Of a stretch of 64,000 nucleotides of DNA, positions 18,676 to 28,525 are shown piece after piece. Under the pieces are notes generated by a model. That model saw only the letters and a program-made list of their open reading frames with translations. It made no database searches and was not told the DNA's origin. The DNA is taken from the NCBI GenBank assembly GCA_963695335.1, contig OY968764.1:1024001-1088000 (forward strand), read 5' to 3'. Numbering within the stretch: position 1 is the first letter of the stretch; the number at the start of each line of letters is the position of its first letter. The translations under genes and the position numbers were made by a program. This stretch comes from an uncultured bacterium (lineage in GTDB: Bacteria > Babelota > Babeliae > Babelales > Vermiphilaceae).

Positions 18676-21231
18676 ATGAAATCTACAAAAATGATCCATT
18701 CACTGCTTCTATCTGCACTTTCATTCTGCGCAATTATTCAAGCAGATGCTACTCAGCCCACGGCAAATACCGAAAATAGCGAACCTAGTAAACAAGAAAT
18801 GACGTTAACGCCAGTCCAACAGGCAGAATTAATGAAAATTATCGAGTTTGCAGAAAATGCTATCACTAAATCATTCAGTTCCTTACAAAAAATTGAAAAC
18901 ACACTCACAGAAGTTGCCCTTTTAGTCAGAAAAGGCACCTTACAACTTCCGGTGACTGAACTACAAAATATCATGGCTGTCATTACAGAAAATAAAATGA
19001 TAGTTAATGCATTGCTCAAAAGCCAATCAGAAATAGCAGAACTGCAAGACCCTGCAATGTATTTGGAATACGCTCATCTTATTACAGAATTCTGTAATAG
19101 TTTTATTCCTTATTTTAATAATCACATAAAAAACAATTTTAAAGATGCAAAACCATTCGATCTGAAACATTTTGTAACAGATCTTAATAAAGATAAAAAA
19201 AGATCAAAAGGCAGCCATCTTAAACCAGAAGTATTAAAAGAAGGTCTTAAAAAAACAAAATCTGAACTTTCTGCATTACATCACACGGTAAAAAATATCG
19301 GCCTTACTCACTACAATAAATTTTTCCGTAAAATTGATGAATATATCGTTACTCCTGCAAATAAATGGCATGTACCAACAATTGCATACTATGGTACGGG
19401 AGCTACTCTTTTAAGTGTTTATTTGTTATTACATTTTGGAAATATCTCCGAAACAAATCCTAATCTATTACCATCACTTAACACACTATTACAAAAACTA
19501 AAATCATGGGCTGGTTCTTGGCCTCTTATTGATACTCCAATGGGACCTAGACTACCAAACAATTCTTCACAAAATCCATACGCAACTGAAGGAATAGTTC
19601 CAACAGATGCAAGTTTATTCATTACAACAGATTATGCTATCAATCGATTAATGGGGAGTGGGATACCCCTTGCAACATTTGCGATACAACATTTTTATAC
19701 CTCATTCTCAGAAACATGGAGAAATGACATCTATCCAAAAATAGCTGAAAAAAGAGATGATGTCTGGAATTATTTACGTGGTGGTGAATATCGCAAAAAT
19801 CGTAGAATGGGATTAACTGAGATCAACTCAACGCGTACATTTAAAGATATGGTTGGCCTTGATGAAATTAAAGAAGCATTCTCACAAATTATTCAATACA
19901 TTGACAACCCTGAACAATTGATGCGCCTTGATGCAACTCCAGAAAAAGGATGGTTACTCACAGGACCAACCCGTACTGGTAAATCATTCAGCGTTGAATG
20001 TCTTTCTGGGGAAATAAAACAGATCATGGCCAAACGCGGTAGAGCTAACACCATGAGATTTTTTAGTATCGATTCTTTCTTGATTAATAAATTGGGTATT
20101 AAAGATATTCTAGAACAAATACAAGAAGTTGCACCTGCGGTGATCTTTATTGATGAAATTGATCTGCTTGGATTGAACCGTGTTGGTAATAACCAACTTT
20201 TAAGTGAATTTTTAACATCAATGCAAAGTTCTATGAACGCAGACCCATCTAAAATAGTAATCGTTATTGCAGCAACAAATAATCCAGAAAATATTGATAA
20301 AGCATTACGTCAACCTGGTCGATTTGGTAAAGAGATCCGCTTTGAATATCCATCACGTAAAGATCGTATGACGTTTATTAAACGTGAACTTGAATCTATG
20401 GCAATTGATCTTTCACAATTTGATCTTGAAGCTCTTGTCGATAAAACAAATCAAAAATCTTTTGAAGCGTTGAAACAAGTTATTCTTGGGGCTATGGCTA
20501 AAACTTGGTTTAATGAAGAACCATTAACACAACAAGCACTCGAACGTAGTATCGATAGAGAAATCCATCATATTATTCCATTCAGCCGCAAAGATCTTCC
20601 TGAAAGTGAACTGCGCATTATTGCAACACACTTTGCAGGCAGAGCGATCGCTACAATGTTACTTGAAACACATGACAAACTTGATAAGATAACCATACAT
20701 GCGCATATGCCTGATCTTAAAAATGAAATGGTATGGGATACACTTGCAAAGAAAGATGAAAAAGATCATCAGCAAAAAATTGAATATGGTTACCTTGCAA
20801 CCAAACAACCATATGATTCAATCAACATGAAAACTGAAAGTGTTATTATTAATGAAGCGATCACGCTCATTGCTGGTTTTGCTGCTGAAGAACTTTTACT
20901 CAACTCACGCGGTTTCACATGCCACCCTCAAAGTCATGATCGTGCATTTAAAATAATTACTGATCTGGTATTTGGTGGTCTTAATCAAGACAGCTTGCCA
21001 AAAGCTATCAATCAACAATTAAAGCTACAGGCGTATAACATGCTCAAGAAATGTCATGAAGATGCTATGCAATTATTGCGAATTCATAAAGATGCGTTGG
21101 TTGCTTTAACTGATGAGCTTATGAAAAAACAAATTATGACTGATAAAGAGGTACAAGCTGTTATTGATAAGGCTGAAGGTAAAATTGTTGAAAAGCCTAC
21201 GGCTGATACGACTGAAGAAGCTACTGTGTAA
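18676..21231 (+). CDS. FtsH-like membrane AAA+ ATPase with degenerate M41 protease domain
   Basis: Signal peptide, TM segment, Walker A GPTRTGKS, Walker B IFIDEID, SRH AATNNPENIDKALRQPGRF; HEAGH replaced by HFAGR. Confidence 0.85.
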   Translation: MKSTKMIHSLLLSALSFCAIIQADATQPTANTENSEPSKQEMTLTPVQQAELMKIIEFAENAITKSFSSLQKIENTLTEVALLVRKGTLQLPVTELQNIMAVITENKMIVNALLKSQSEIAELQDPAMYLEYAHLITEFCNSFIPYFNNHIKNNFKDAKPFDLKHFVTDLNKDKKRSKGSHLKPEVLKEGLKKTKSELSALHHTVKNIGLTHYNKFFRKIDEYIVTPANKWHVPTIAYYGTGATLLSVYLLLHFGNISETNPNLLPSLNTLLQKLKSWAGSWPLIDTPMGPRLPNNSSQNPYATEGIVPTDASLFITTDYAINRLMGSGIPLATFAIQHFYTSFSETWRNDIYPKIAEKRDDVWNYLRGGEYRKNRRMGLTEINSTRTFKDMVGLDEIKEAFSQIIQYIDNPEQLMRLDATPEKGWLLTGPTRTGKSFSVECLSGEIKQIMAKRGRANTMRFFSIDSFLINKLGIKDILEQIQEVAPAVIFIDEIDLLGLNRVGNNQLLSEFLTSMQSSMNADPSKIVIVIAATNNPENIDKALRQPGRFGKEIRFEYPSRKDRMTFIKRELESMAIDLSQFDLEALVDKTNQKSFEALKQVILGAMAKTWFNEEPLTQQALERSIDREIHHIIPFSRKDLPESELRIIATHFAGRAIATMLLETHDKLDKITIHAHMPDLKNEMVWDTLAKKDEKDHQQKIEYGYLATKQPYDSINMKTESVIINEAITLIAGFAAEELLLNSRGFTCHPQSHDRAFKIITDLVFGGLNQDSLPKAINQQLKLQAYNMLKKCHEDAMQLLRIHKDALVALTDELMKKQIMTDKEVQAVIDKAEGKIVEKPTADTTEEATV

Positions 21232-21257
21232 GCAAATATAATTGCAAAATAAACAGA

Positions 21258-21291
21258 AAGAGGCTATTGGAATTCCAATGGCCTCTTTTTT
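21258..21291 (+). terminator. Intrinsic terminator
   Basis: AAGAGGCTATTGG-AATT-CCAATGGCCTCTTTTTT. Confidence 0.75.
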
Positions 21292-21318
21292 TAGTTCTCT
21301 CATTTAATTTTTTCTCTT

Positions 21319-21392
21319 GCGCTCGTCCTGAGCCTGTCGAAGGATTTCTTCGAGCGCTCAAAGATACCCTTCGACAGGCTCAGGGCGAGCGC
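21319..21392. repeat. Family-A REPIN-like palindrome (complete ~74-bp copy)
   Basis: GCGCTCGTCCTGAGCCTGTCGAAGG...CCTTCGACAGGCTCAGGGCGAGCGC; near-identical inverted copy at 34809-34882. Confidence 0.85.
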
Positions 21393-21420
21393 GGGAGGGT
21401 AGCCTTTTTTTGTTTGTTTT

Positions 21421-21843
21421 TTACTTATCAATCATCTTAATCCGCTCAGCATACCGCCCACCTTTAAATTCTTGTGCAAGCCACAAATCAATCATATTCA
21501 CAGCCTGCTCACACGACACAAAATCAGACGGAATAACTAAAATATTGGCATTATCTTCTAACTTAGATTGCTTTGCAATTTCATCATTCCACGCAACAAC
21601 AGCATAGATATGTTTATATCTATTTGCTGCAATTGCCATGCCACCACCAGAAGCGCATAATAAAACACCAGCGCTGACAGCACCGGTTAATATCAAATCA
21701 ACAACCTTATCTGCAAATATTGGGTAATCTGTGCGTTCTGTATTATAAGTACCAACATCAACCCATTCAATGCTGTGCATATGTTGTGTAATAAACTCTT
21801 TGTGCAAGAAACCGCGATGATCTGTGCCTATGGCAATTTTCAT
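21421..21843 (-). CDS. rpiB: Ribose-5-phosphate isomerase B
   Basis: IAIGTDHRG, DYP, LLCASGGGMAIAAN, NANIL, FKGGRY..RI. Confidence 0.92.
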   Translation of the reverse strand: MKIAIGTDHRGFLHKEFITQHMHSIEWVDVGTYNTERTDYPIFADKVVDLILTGAVSAGVLLCASGGGMAIAANRYKHIYAVVAWNDEIAKQSKLEDNANILVIPSDFVSCEQAVNMIDLWLAQEFKGGRYAERIKMIDK

Positions 21844-22481
21844 GCAACCCCCTCCTCTGCTAATGTTTTAGCGGACAGGTCCCACTCAAACGCAACTTGT
21901 GCTTTTAATGATCTGCAATGCAACGTAATATTTTTTGTTTCGGAAGTGATCAAGAAATTATCATTAATATCTTTAGCATCAAATTTTATGCTATATGGAA
22001 CTTTAAATCTGTTATATTTTTTACCAAAAATATGAATATATTCCGGAACAAGTTCCACTGATTTGGTTTCGATCGGGGAGTAATTTTTATCATCTATCGT
22101 TAAAAATAAACTCCAATCACTATTGGTATCACCAAGTGGTTGGTCATATAAACTCAAAAGATAAAACGATATAAAATGATTATTTTCTTCTAATTGTCGG
22201 CGGAGAAATATTTTTCTTTGTTCATCAGTTTTTGCAAATTTTAAAGCATACAAATCTGCATAATTGGTGCGCACATCATCTGATAACCATAACACATCAA
22301 AGCGAGCTGTTGTTGTTAGCTGATCATATGATGTCACGGAACGGATATATTTTTGTGCTGCTGCAACCGGTGAATTCACGGTTGGTGTTTGTTCAAATGT
22401 TCGCGTTCCCCAATCAACCCATCTTCCACAACTTGGTAATAACAGTATCATCCCGATAATATAAACGATGTTAATTTTCAT
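21840..22481 (-). CDS. Hypothetical lipoprotein
   Basis: Lipobox-like LLLPSC after hydrophobic leader; overlaps rpiB start. Confidence 0.7.
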   Translation of the reverse strand: MKINIVYIIGMILLLPSCGRWVDWGTRTFEQTPTVNSPVAAAQKYIRSVTSYDQLTTTARFDVLWLSDDVRTNYADLYALKFAKTDEQRKIFLRRQLEENNHFISFYLLSLYDQPLGDTNSDWSLFLTIDDKNYSPIETKSVELVPEYIHIFGKKYNRFKVPYSIKFDAKDINDNFLITSETKNITLHCRSLKAQVAFEWDLSAKTLAEEGVA

Positions 22482-22545
22482 TAATACTTTCATATTCCCT
22501 TTTTCCTTTGTAACCTATAATAAAAATTATCTCTAAAATTAAATC

Positions 22546-22730
22546 CCGCGCTCGCCCTGAGCCTGTTTAACCCCATCTTCAGTTCCTTCAGACGGGGACC
22601 CCGGTTCAGCCCCATTTCCATTTCTTCCAATGGGGACCCCAATTGGAGTAAGACGTAAATTGGGGATAAAAACTGGGGCAAAAGGATATCTTTGAGCGCT
22701 TAATCCTTCAACAAGTTCAGGATGAGCGAA
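22546..22730. repeat. Family-A palindrome interrupted by family-C repeats
   Basis: CGCGCTCGCCCTGAGCCTGTT [CCCCAT...GGGGACCCC units] AAGGATATCTTTGAGCGCT...CCTTCAACAAGTTCAGGATGAGCG. Confidence 0.75.
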
Positions 22731-22821
22731 CTAAGAAATCTAATATCTTTCAAGACTAGAGATAGGTTATAATGTATCGTAATTAAAACAATCATTATTT
22801 ACAATAGCAAGGTTAACAATC

Positions 22822-24060
22822 ATGAATATGACACCGTTTTTTTTAGCTCAACGTATAATACTCAATAATGTGTACCAAAAAAATATCTCTACAATGACTT
22901 TTATCTGTTTTAGTGGAATCTTTATCGGTTCATTCTCATTAGCACTGGTCACAGCAATTATGAACGGTTTTGAAGTAACCATTCATCAAAAAATGCAAGG
23001 AATTCACTCTAATATTATCATTCAATCATATCGCAATGGTATCAACACAGATGTTCTTTCCAAAATTTTACACAAAGAGTTTCCAGAAATAACTGCTTTT
23101 TCTCCTATGGCAACCCATCATGTACTGTTGCGCAGCAATGATCAACAGCAAGAAGATACGCCAATCATCGCAATCATTAAAGGTATCAGCCCACACGCAG
23201 AACAACATACCAGTACATTATCACACAAAATGATACGCACTGTCGATAATCAACCTTTTACGCAACTTTTTACCAACAATCACATTATTATTGGTAAAAA
23301 GCTTGCAGAGTACAACAATATAACCATAGGCGATGAAATAGAACTTCTCTTTTTACGCGATAACCAGATACATGGTAAAAAAGTTATTTTTGATTCAACT
23401 CCTGCAATCGTCTCTGGTATTTTTGACACAGGCATTGATGAATTTGATAACGGCGTTATTTATTGTTCGCTCGATTTTTTGGAAAAGTTATATCCCAACA
23501 TTGATGTTGATCAAATTAATGTCACAACAGCATCCAATGTTAACGAACAACAACTCATACAAAAACTGCGCAAACGCCTGGGTCTTGATGTATATTCTTG
23601 GAAAGATCTCTATCCATCTCTGGTGGCAACATTAAAACTGGAAAAATATGTTTCATTTTTTATTCTCGCTCTCATTCTTCTTGTTGCAAGCATGAACATT
23701 ATTTCTCTTCTTTTTATGCAAATCACACAAAAACGTCCTGATATTGCAATGCTCAAAGCAATGGGAATGCCGCACAGCACAATACGTACAATTTTCTTGA
23801 TTATTGGCATGACAATCAGTTGCATCGCATCTGCAAGTGGTTTAATCGCTGCAATTGTCACGAGTTGGTTGTTACAAAAATACCCTTTTATTACTTTACC
23901 AGACACATACTATGTCACTCAGCTACCCGTTGCTATGAATGGGGAAATTATATGTGCTGTATTTTGCGTTGTTATTCTTTTTACATTTATTGCAACATGG
24001 TTACCAATACGGCAAATTGCAACTATCAATGTTTCTCGCGTTTTACGATTTGAAGGATAA
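22822..24060 (+). CDS. LolC/E-family (FtsX/MacB) lipoprotein-releasing ABC permease
   Basis: AIMNGFE, GIFDTG, ASMNII...IAMLKAMG, YYVTQLP, VLRFE motifs. Confidence 0.88.
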   Translation: MNMTPFFLAQRIILNNVYQKNISTMTFICFSGIFIGSFSLALVTAIMNGFEVTIHQKMQGIHSNIIIQSYRNGINTDVLSKILHKEFPEITAFSPMATHHVLLRSNDQQQEDTPIIAIIKGISPHAEQHTSTLSHKMIRTVDNQPFTQLFTNNHIIIGKKLAEYNNITIGDEIELLFLRDNQIHGKKVIFDSTPAIVSGIFDTGIDEFDNGVIYCSLDFLEKLYPNIDVDQINVTTASNVNEQQLIQKLRKRLGLDVYSWKDLYPSLVATLKLEKYVSFFILALILLVASMNIISLLFMQITQKRPDIAMLKAMGMPHSTIRTIFLIIGMTISCIASASGLIAAIVTSWLLQKYPFITLPDTYYVTQLPVAMNGEIICAVFCVVILFTFIATWLPIRQIATINVSRVLRFEG

Positions 24061-24062
24061 AT

Positions 24063-25247
24063 ATGATTCATCCAACATTTTCATCATGGAATATAGAAAA
24101 CAAAAGAGTTTTTTTGCGTGCTGATCTTAACGTTCCATTATTAGATGGAAAAATTGATAATGATTTTCGCTTGATCAGCATATTGCCAACAATAAATTTT
24201 ATTCTTAATAAAAACGGCAGCATTGTTTTAGCCACACATATTGGAAGACCTACAAAGCAAGAACCTGAACTTTCTACACACATTCTTGTACCGTGGTTTA
24301 AGCAGCACGGATATGCAATTCAATTTGTTCCAAACATCTCCGCTATAGCAAATCTTGCTATAGTTCCTAAACAGATTCTTTTAATTGAAAATCTCCGCTT
24401 TTTCCCTGGGGAACAAAACGGAGATATTTTTTTTGCAAAAGAACTTGCGCGCACAGCACAATATTATATTAATGATGCATTTGGCACCGTTCATGAAAAT
24501 GCATGCTCTACAACCTTGCTACCCTATGAATTTCCTGAAAACAGACGTAGCGTTGGTTTGCTCATGGAAAAAGAGTTGCAAGCTCTGAGCATGCTCACAG
24601 AACATCCACCTCGTCCTTTTCTTGCTATTCTTGGTGGTGGAAAAATCAAAGATAAAATTCCACTGATTCATAGTTTATTACAAAAAGTTGATACGCTTGT
24701 TATATGCCCCGCGCTCTGCTTTACGTTCCTTAAAGCAATGGGAAAACCTGTAGGAAAATCATTGGTAGATGATACAATGGTCGATGCTTGTAAAAAAATT
24801 ATAATAGAAGCTGAACGCTCTGGCATATCACTACTTTTTCCCGTTGATTACCAAATAACTCACAGCATATCTCCATTTAGTCCTCCGCTCATCCTGAGCC
24901 TGTCGAAGGAAGCAGATAACTTTCCTGATAATGCAATCGGCATCTCTGTGGGGCCAAAAACAGTTGAGCTTATCTCGCAAGAAATTAACCAAGCACAAAC
25001 AATATTTTTAAACTGTGCAATGGGTTTCTCTGAACACCCTCAAACAGAACAAAGCACAAAAGATATTATTGATGCAATGGCACAATCATCTGCACAAACA
25101 ATCATTGCCGGTGGCGATTCAGTTGATATTGCATTACATACCAAACATTACCAACAGATTACTCACCTTTCAACTGGTGGAGGAGCTGCATTGGCATATC
25201 TGAGTGACAAACTATTACCAGGATTGATCCCATTCGAGGAACAATAA
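24063..25247 (+). CDS. pgk: Phosphoglycerate kinase
   Basis: RADLNVP, THIGRP, ENLRF, NDAFG, GGGKIKDKI, GGDS, STGGGA. Confidence 0.93.
   Translation: MIHPTFSSWNIENKRVFLRADLNVPLLDGKIDNDFRLISILPTINFILNKNGSIVLATHIGRPTKQEPELSTHILVPWFKQHGYAIQFVPNISAIANLAIVPKQILLIENLRFFPGEQNGDIFFAKELARTAQYYINDAFGTVHENACSTTLLPYEFPENRRSVGLLMEKELQALSMLTEHPPRPFLAILGGGKIKDKIPLIHSLLQKVDTLVICPALCFTFLKAMGKPVGKSLVDDTMVDACKKIIIEAERSGISLLFPVDYQITHSISPFSPPLILSLSKEADNFPDNAIGISVGPKTVELISQEINQAQTIFLNCAMGFSEHPQTEQSTKDIIDAMAQSSAQTIIAGGDSVDIALHTKHYQQITHLSTGGGAALAYLSDKLLPGLIPFEEQ
24885..24910 (+). repeat. Family-A repeat half inside pgk coding sequence
   Basis: CCGCTCATCCTGAGCCTGTCGAAGGA matches the intergenic family-A arm; read in frame as PLILSLSK(E). 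Confidence 0.8.
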
Positions 25248-25251
25248 TTTT

Positions 25252-25779
25252 TTAGTAAATGGGACAAAAACCTAACAAGCTGAACCCATCTACCATAACA
25301 TCATGCGCATGATCTTCTTCAGAGGCTTTTTCACATACAAGAAGCCCATGATTATCATGCTTCATATCCCAGGCATAAAAATTGTAATCACCAAAGCCCA
25401 ACTCTTGCGCAATAATTTTTGCCATTTCTTCTGGCGAATGCCCACGGTTTTTATGACTTTCGTAATGAAAAGATCTGACTTTTTGATGGAATGAAGACTC
25501 AGTAATTGCTTTGACAAATTGATCAGGGTTGATCCAAATATTTTCCACCCCCTGCAACTCATTGGTAGAAACCCCTACAATACCTTTGAGACAGTTAAAT
25601 GCAGGATTTTCAACAAAATAGGCTGCTTTGGGGATATTAAAGCAATCCTTACTACAGAGCTCATGTAAAACAAAATCTGTAACGTTTTCAAGCCCATGGA
25701 GCTGTAACATTTTCCTTGGTAATCGTCTCAAATTATCGGCAATTTGGGCATTTCGACTCATCAACATTTCCGGCTTCAT
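25252..25779 (-). CDS. Hypothetical protein (possible GAF-like fold)
   Basis: 175-aa ORF with AGGAG SD; no firm family assignment. Confidence 0.7.
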   Translation of the reverse strand: MKPEMLMSRNAQIADNLRRLPRKMLQLHGLENVTDFVLHELCSKDCFNIPKAAYFVENPAFNCLKGIVGVSTNELQGVENIWINPDQFVKAITESSFHQKVRSFHYESHKNRGHSPEEMAKIIAQELGFGDYNFYAWDMKHDNHGLLVCEKASEEDHAHDVMVDGFSLLGFCPIY

Positions 25780-26088
25780 AACTACTCCTTCTCGACACCT
25801 TTTTTACTACTACTCTCTCCCAACATACCCCACCTTACCCGTAACTGCAACTACTCTCAAATAGCTCCAATACATCGTATCATACCTCACTTTCCTAAAA
25901 CAATAATCCCCTTCCAATCGTTCAAATTAAGGAAAAAAAAGCCGGAAATAGTCACCAACCCTACCTTTCCCGTGACAATATTTTCTAATATGATAAAATA
26001 ATAAATAGAAAGAGTTAGAAAAGCTCTTTTTTTTAAGTTATTGTAACGTAGTAATAAAGTATGACGATCTATAAAATAGATATAAAAA

Positions 26089-27153
26089 ATGAAAAAAATA
26101 ACATTATTATGCACTCTTTTGAGTCTTTTTCCCCTTGCAGCACGCAGTCCATTCAGAAAAAAAGACAAAGATATGCCAAAAATAACCCTCGGGTGGAGGC
26201 ATTCTAAAAATCTGGTAACCCATACCAACTGGGCCTACACAGAGTACCCTATCTTTACCTCATTCAATAAAGACTATTTCTACTCACATCTGCTTCCAAA
26301 AAGCACCATCAGCGATGTTCACAACCCAGCAGAATCATACGATTGCCAAGAAATCAACACGCTTATTGAAGATCTTCTAAAAGAAATCAAAAAAGGGAAA
26401 AAACAGTTTACCCATTTTAAACTGTTACAAGATAAAAACTTTAATTATAAAGTTCCCTGTGGACTTCTTGTCCTCCAATTCAAAGATTATCCATTTGTTC
26501 TGAAACTGTTCATGGAAACCCCAAAAACTTTCAGCGATCCGTATTGCAAAGGGTTTGAAACGCAATTCTTCTTTTATATGTCTGGTGGTATGAATAGACA
26601 TATTGCAGGCTTAACACGCGTAAAAAATCTTGAAGTGGTTAATAATGAAATCAAAAACCATCCACGTTGGAATGGTAAAATTACCACTCCTCGTAAATGG
26701 TACTGGTTACCTAAAAGAGCTCGCTGGATGAAAATTAATGGGTATAACGTAGGTGGAAAAAAAGAAGTATCAACCGTTATGCCAGGAACATACGCAATTG
26801 TAGCAGACACGCTTGATACCAAAGAAGATGCTCCAATGCTCTCAGCACAACAACGCAGTGAACTGATAATGGAACTGTGCATGGACCTGCATCTGTTTGT
26901 TGATCCACATTCAGATAATTTTGTTCTTAAATACAACAAAAAAACAAATGATTATGACATCAGCATTGTTGATACGGAACATTTCCCATCAATGGTTGGA
27001 TTAAAAGAAGAACCTTTCTTTAATAATCACCTTGAATGGTTCCTGTATTTAGGCGCAAAATATTTCCAGGATGCGTTTTTACAAACAAAAACCAACCGCC
27101 GCGAAGCGCAACAGCAGCAACATGAAATAAATCCCTGTACTTTGAAGTGGTAA
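26089..27153 (+). CDS. Secreted hypothetical protein, possible atypical kinase fold
   Basis: Signal peptide; FVLKLF, VDPHSDNFV, ISIVDTE motifs. Confidence 0.6.
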   Translation: MKKITLLCTLLSLFPLAARSPFRKKDKDMPKITLGWRHSKNLVTHTNWAYTEYPIFTSFNKDYFYSHLLPKSTISDVHNPAESYDCQEINTLIEDLLKEIKKGKKQFTHFKLLQDKNFNYKVPCGLLVLQFKDYPFVLKLFMETPKTFSDPYCKGFETQFFFYMSGGMNRHIAGLTRVKNLEVVNNEIKNHPRWNGKITTPRKWYWLPKRARWMKINGYNVGGKKEVSTVMPGTYAIVADTLDTKEDAPMLSAQQRSELIMELCMDLHLFVDPHSDNFVLKYNKKTNDYDISIVDTEHFPSMVGLKEEPFFNNHLEWFLYLGAKYFQDAFLQTKTNRREAQQQQHEINPCTLKW

Positions 27154-27178
27154 TAGAATCTATTCCAATCTAATTTGC

Positions 27179-27303
27179 ACCCTTCGATACACCCCTACGG
27201 GGCACTTAGGGCGAGCGGACTGGATAAAAAATTAAAGATCTACATATTACATTTCTTCCGCTCGCCCTGAGTGTTTTTGCTTGCAAAAATGTATCGAAGG
27301 GTA
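27179..27303. repeat. Family-A-related inverted repeat pair
   Basis: ACCCTTCGATACA...TTAGGGCGAGCGGA / TCCGCTCGCCCTGAG...TGTATCGAAGGGT. Confidence 0.75.
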
Positions 27304-27422
27304 TGCGTTAAAAAAATAAAAAAAACCTAAAAACGCCGTGTCTACGGGACCTGTTGCTGGTTTTTTCAATTTGAATTACAATTAATAATAATGAGAAAGA
27401 ACCTTAAAAAAGGGTATAAATT

Positions 27423-28418
27423 ATGAAAATACGTACTATTTTCCTACCAATCGTATTTTTTTGTGTTACAGGCATGCAAAGCACTCTGAGCATGAATATG
27501 GCAATTACAGTCGCAAAAGGAGCAGTAAGTGGTCTCTGTTCAACAGCAGAAATAATGATGACTTGCGCGCCATTGCTTGATAAATGCTTATTAAATCCTG
27601 CTGATCGTCAAGCAGAAAAGCTAAAAAATACACAATCTAACGCTCCAGAATCTGTTACTCATTTTGTTACAAAGATAGCACACTCAAGAGGCATTAATAA
27701 TGTTAAAGTTGTTCTTGCTGGTGATGCGCATGACTATAGCACCAACGACAATGGCAATATTATCTTCATCCCAAACAAACAAGCTCAAGAGCTTACAACA
27801 TTACTTGGCAAATCAACCTTAACATCTGAAGAACAAGAACAACTGAATGAACATACTGGTACGTTGCATCATGAACTAACTCATGGTACTATGCGTAGTC
27901 TTAAATACGCTCCCATGTATGATGCTGCTATTGGAACAGCTGGAGCTCTATCATTATCTACTGCACTAACACGCTTTACGCATAAATATTATCCAAGCAT
28001 TCAGCAAAACTTTGCTTTACGCAACGCTTTTAAACTTACACGTGGTGCGTTAGTACTACCTTTTGCTGTTAATTTGATGAACATGAATTTTTACAAAAAA
28101 TATGATGAGTTAAAAGCTGATGATGGCATACCTAATGAAAAAGATTTGCTTATAGCGCAAATAAAAAGACATGAAAAACGTCATGATATACATTTACACT
28201 ATGTAGATGTTATTAAAGAACGTGCATCATTTGGTAATATTATTTCACCACCTGAAGGAAATGATTTCACTAGACCTCAACTCTTTGCCATGAAAACGCT
28301 TCCTAAAAGCTTATTTAATAAGCCAATTGTCATGGATGCCGTCTTTCATGCAAATACAGAACATCCAAGTGATTTACGACGTGCTAATAGATTTAAAGAT
28401 AGACTGGCAAAGCTATAA
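27423..28418 (+). CDS. Secreted/membrane Zn-metallopeptidase (M48-like)
   Basis: Signal peptide; HHELTH (HEXXH), downstream ELKAD, C-terminal EHPSDLRR. Confidence 0.7.
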   Translation: MKIRTIFLPIVFFCVTGMQSTLSMNMAITVAKGAVSGLCSTAEIMMTCAPLLDKCLLNPADRQAEKLKNTQSNAPESVTHFVTKIAHSRGINNVKVVLAGDAHDYSTNDNGNIIFIPNKQAQELTTLLGKSTLTSEEQEQLNEHTGTLHHELTHGTMRSLKYAPMYDAAIGTAGALSLSTALTRFTHKYYPSIQQNFALRNAFKLTRGALVLPFAVNLMNMNFYKKYDELKADDGIPNEKDLLIAQIKRHEKRHDIHLHYVDVIKERASFGNIISPPEGNDFTRPQLFAMKTLPKSLFNKPIVMDAVFHANTEHPSDLRRANRFKDRLAKL

Positions 28419-28525
28419 TAAGTAATAGCGCAATAAACTGATTACAAATGTTGCGCTCAGGACAAGCACAGGATAAAATTAATTACATGGGTTACTTAAT
28501 GAAAATTAATGATAAGGGATCAAAA

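Noticed and set aside
22490..22681. 63-aa ORF with MGLNR repeats
   Set aside because: Translation of nested palindromic repeats, not a credible gene.
25887..26228. 113-aa minus-strand ORF and similar short antisense/overlapping ORFs throughout
   Set aside because: They overlap well-supported genes on the opposite strand or another frame and have no motifs.
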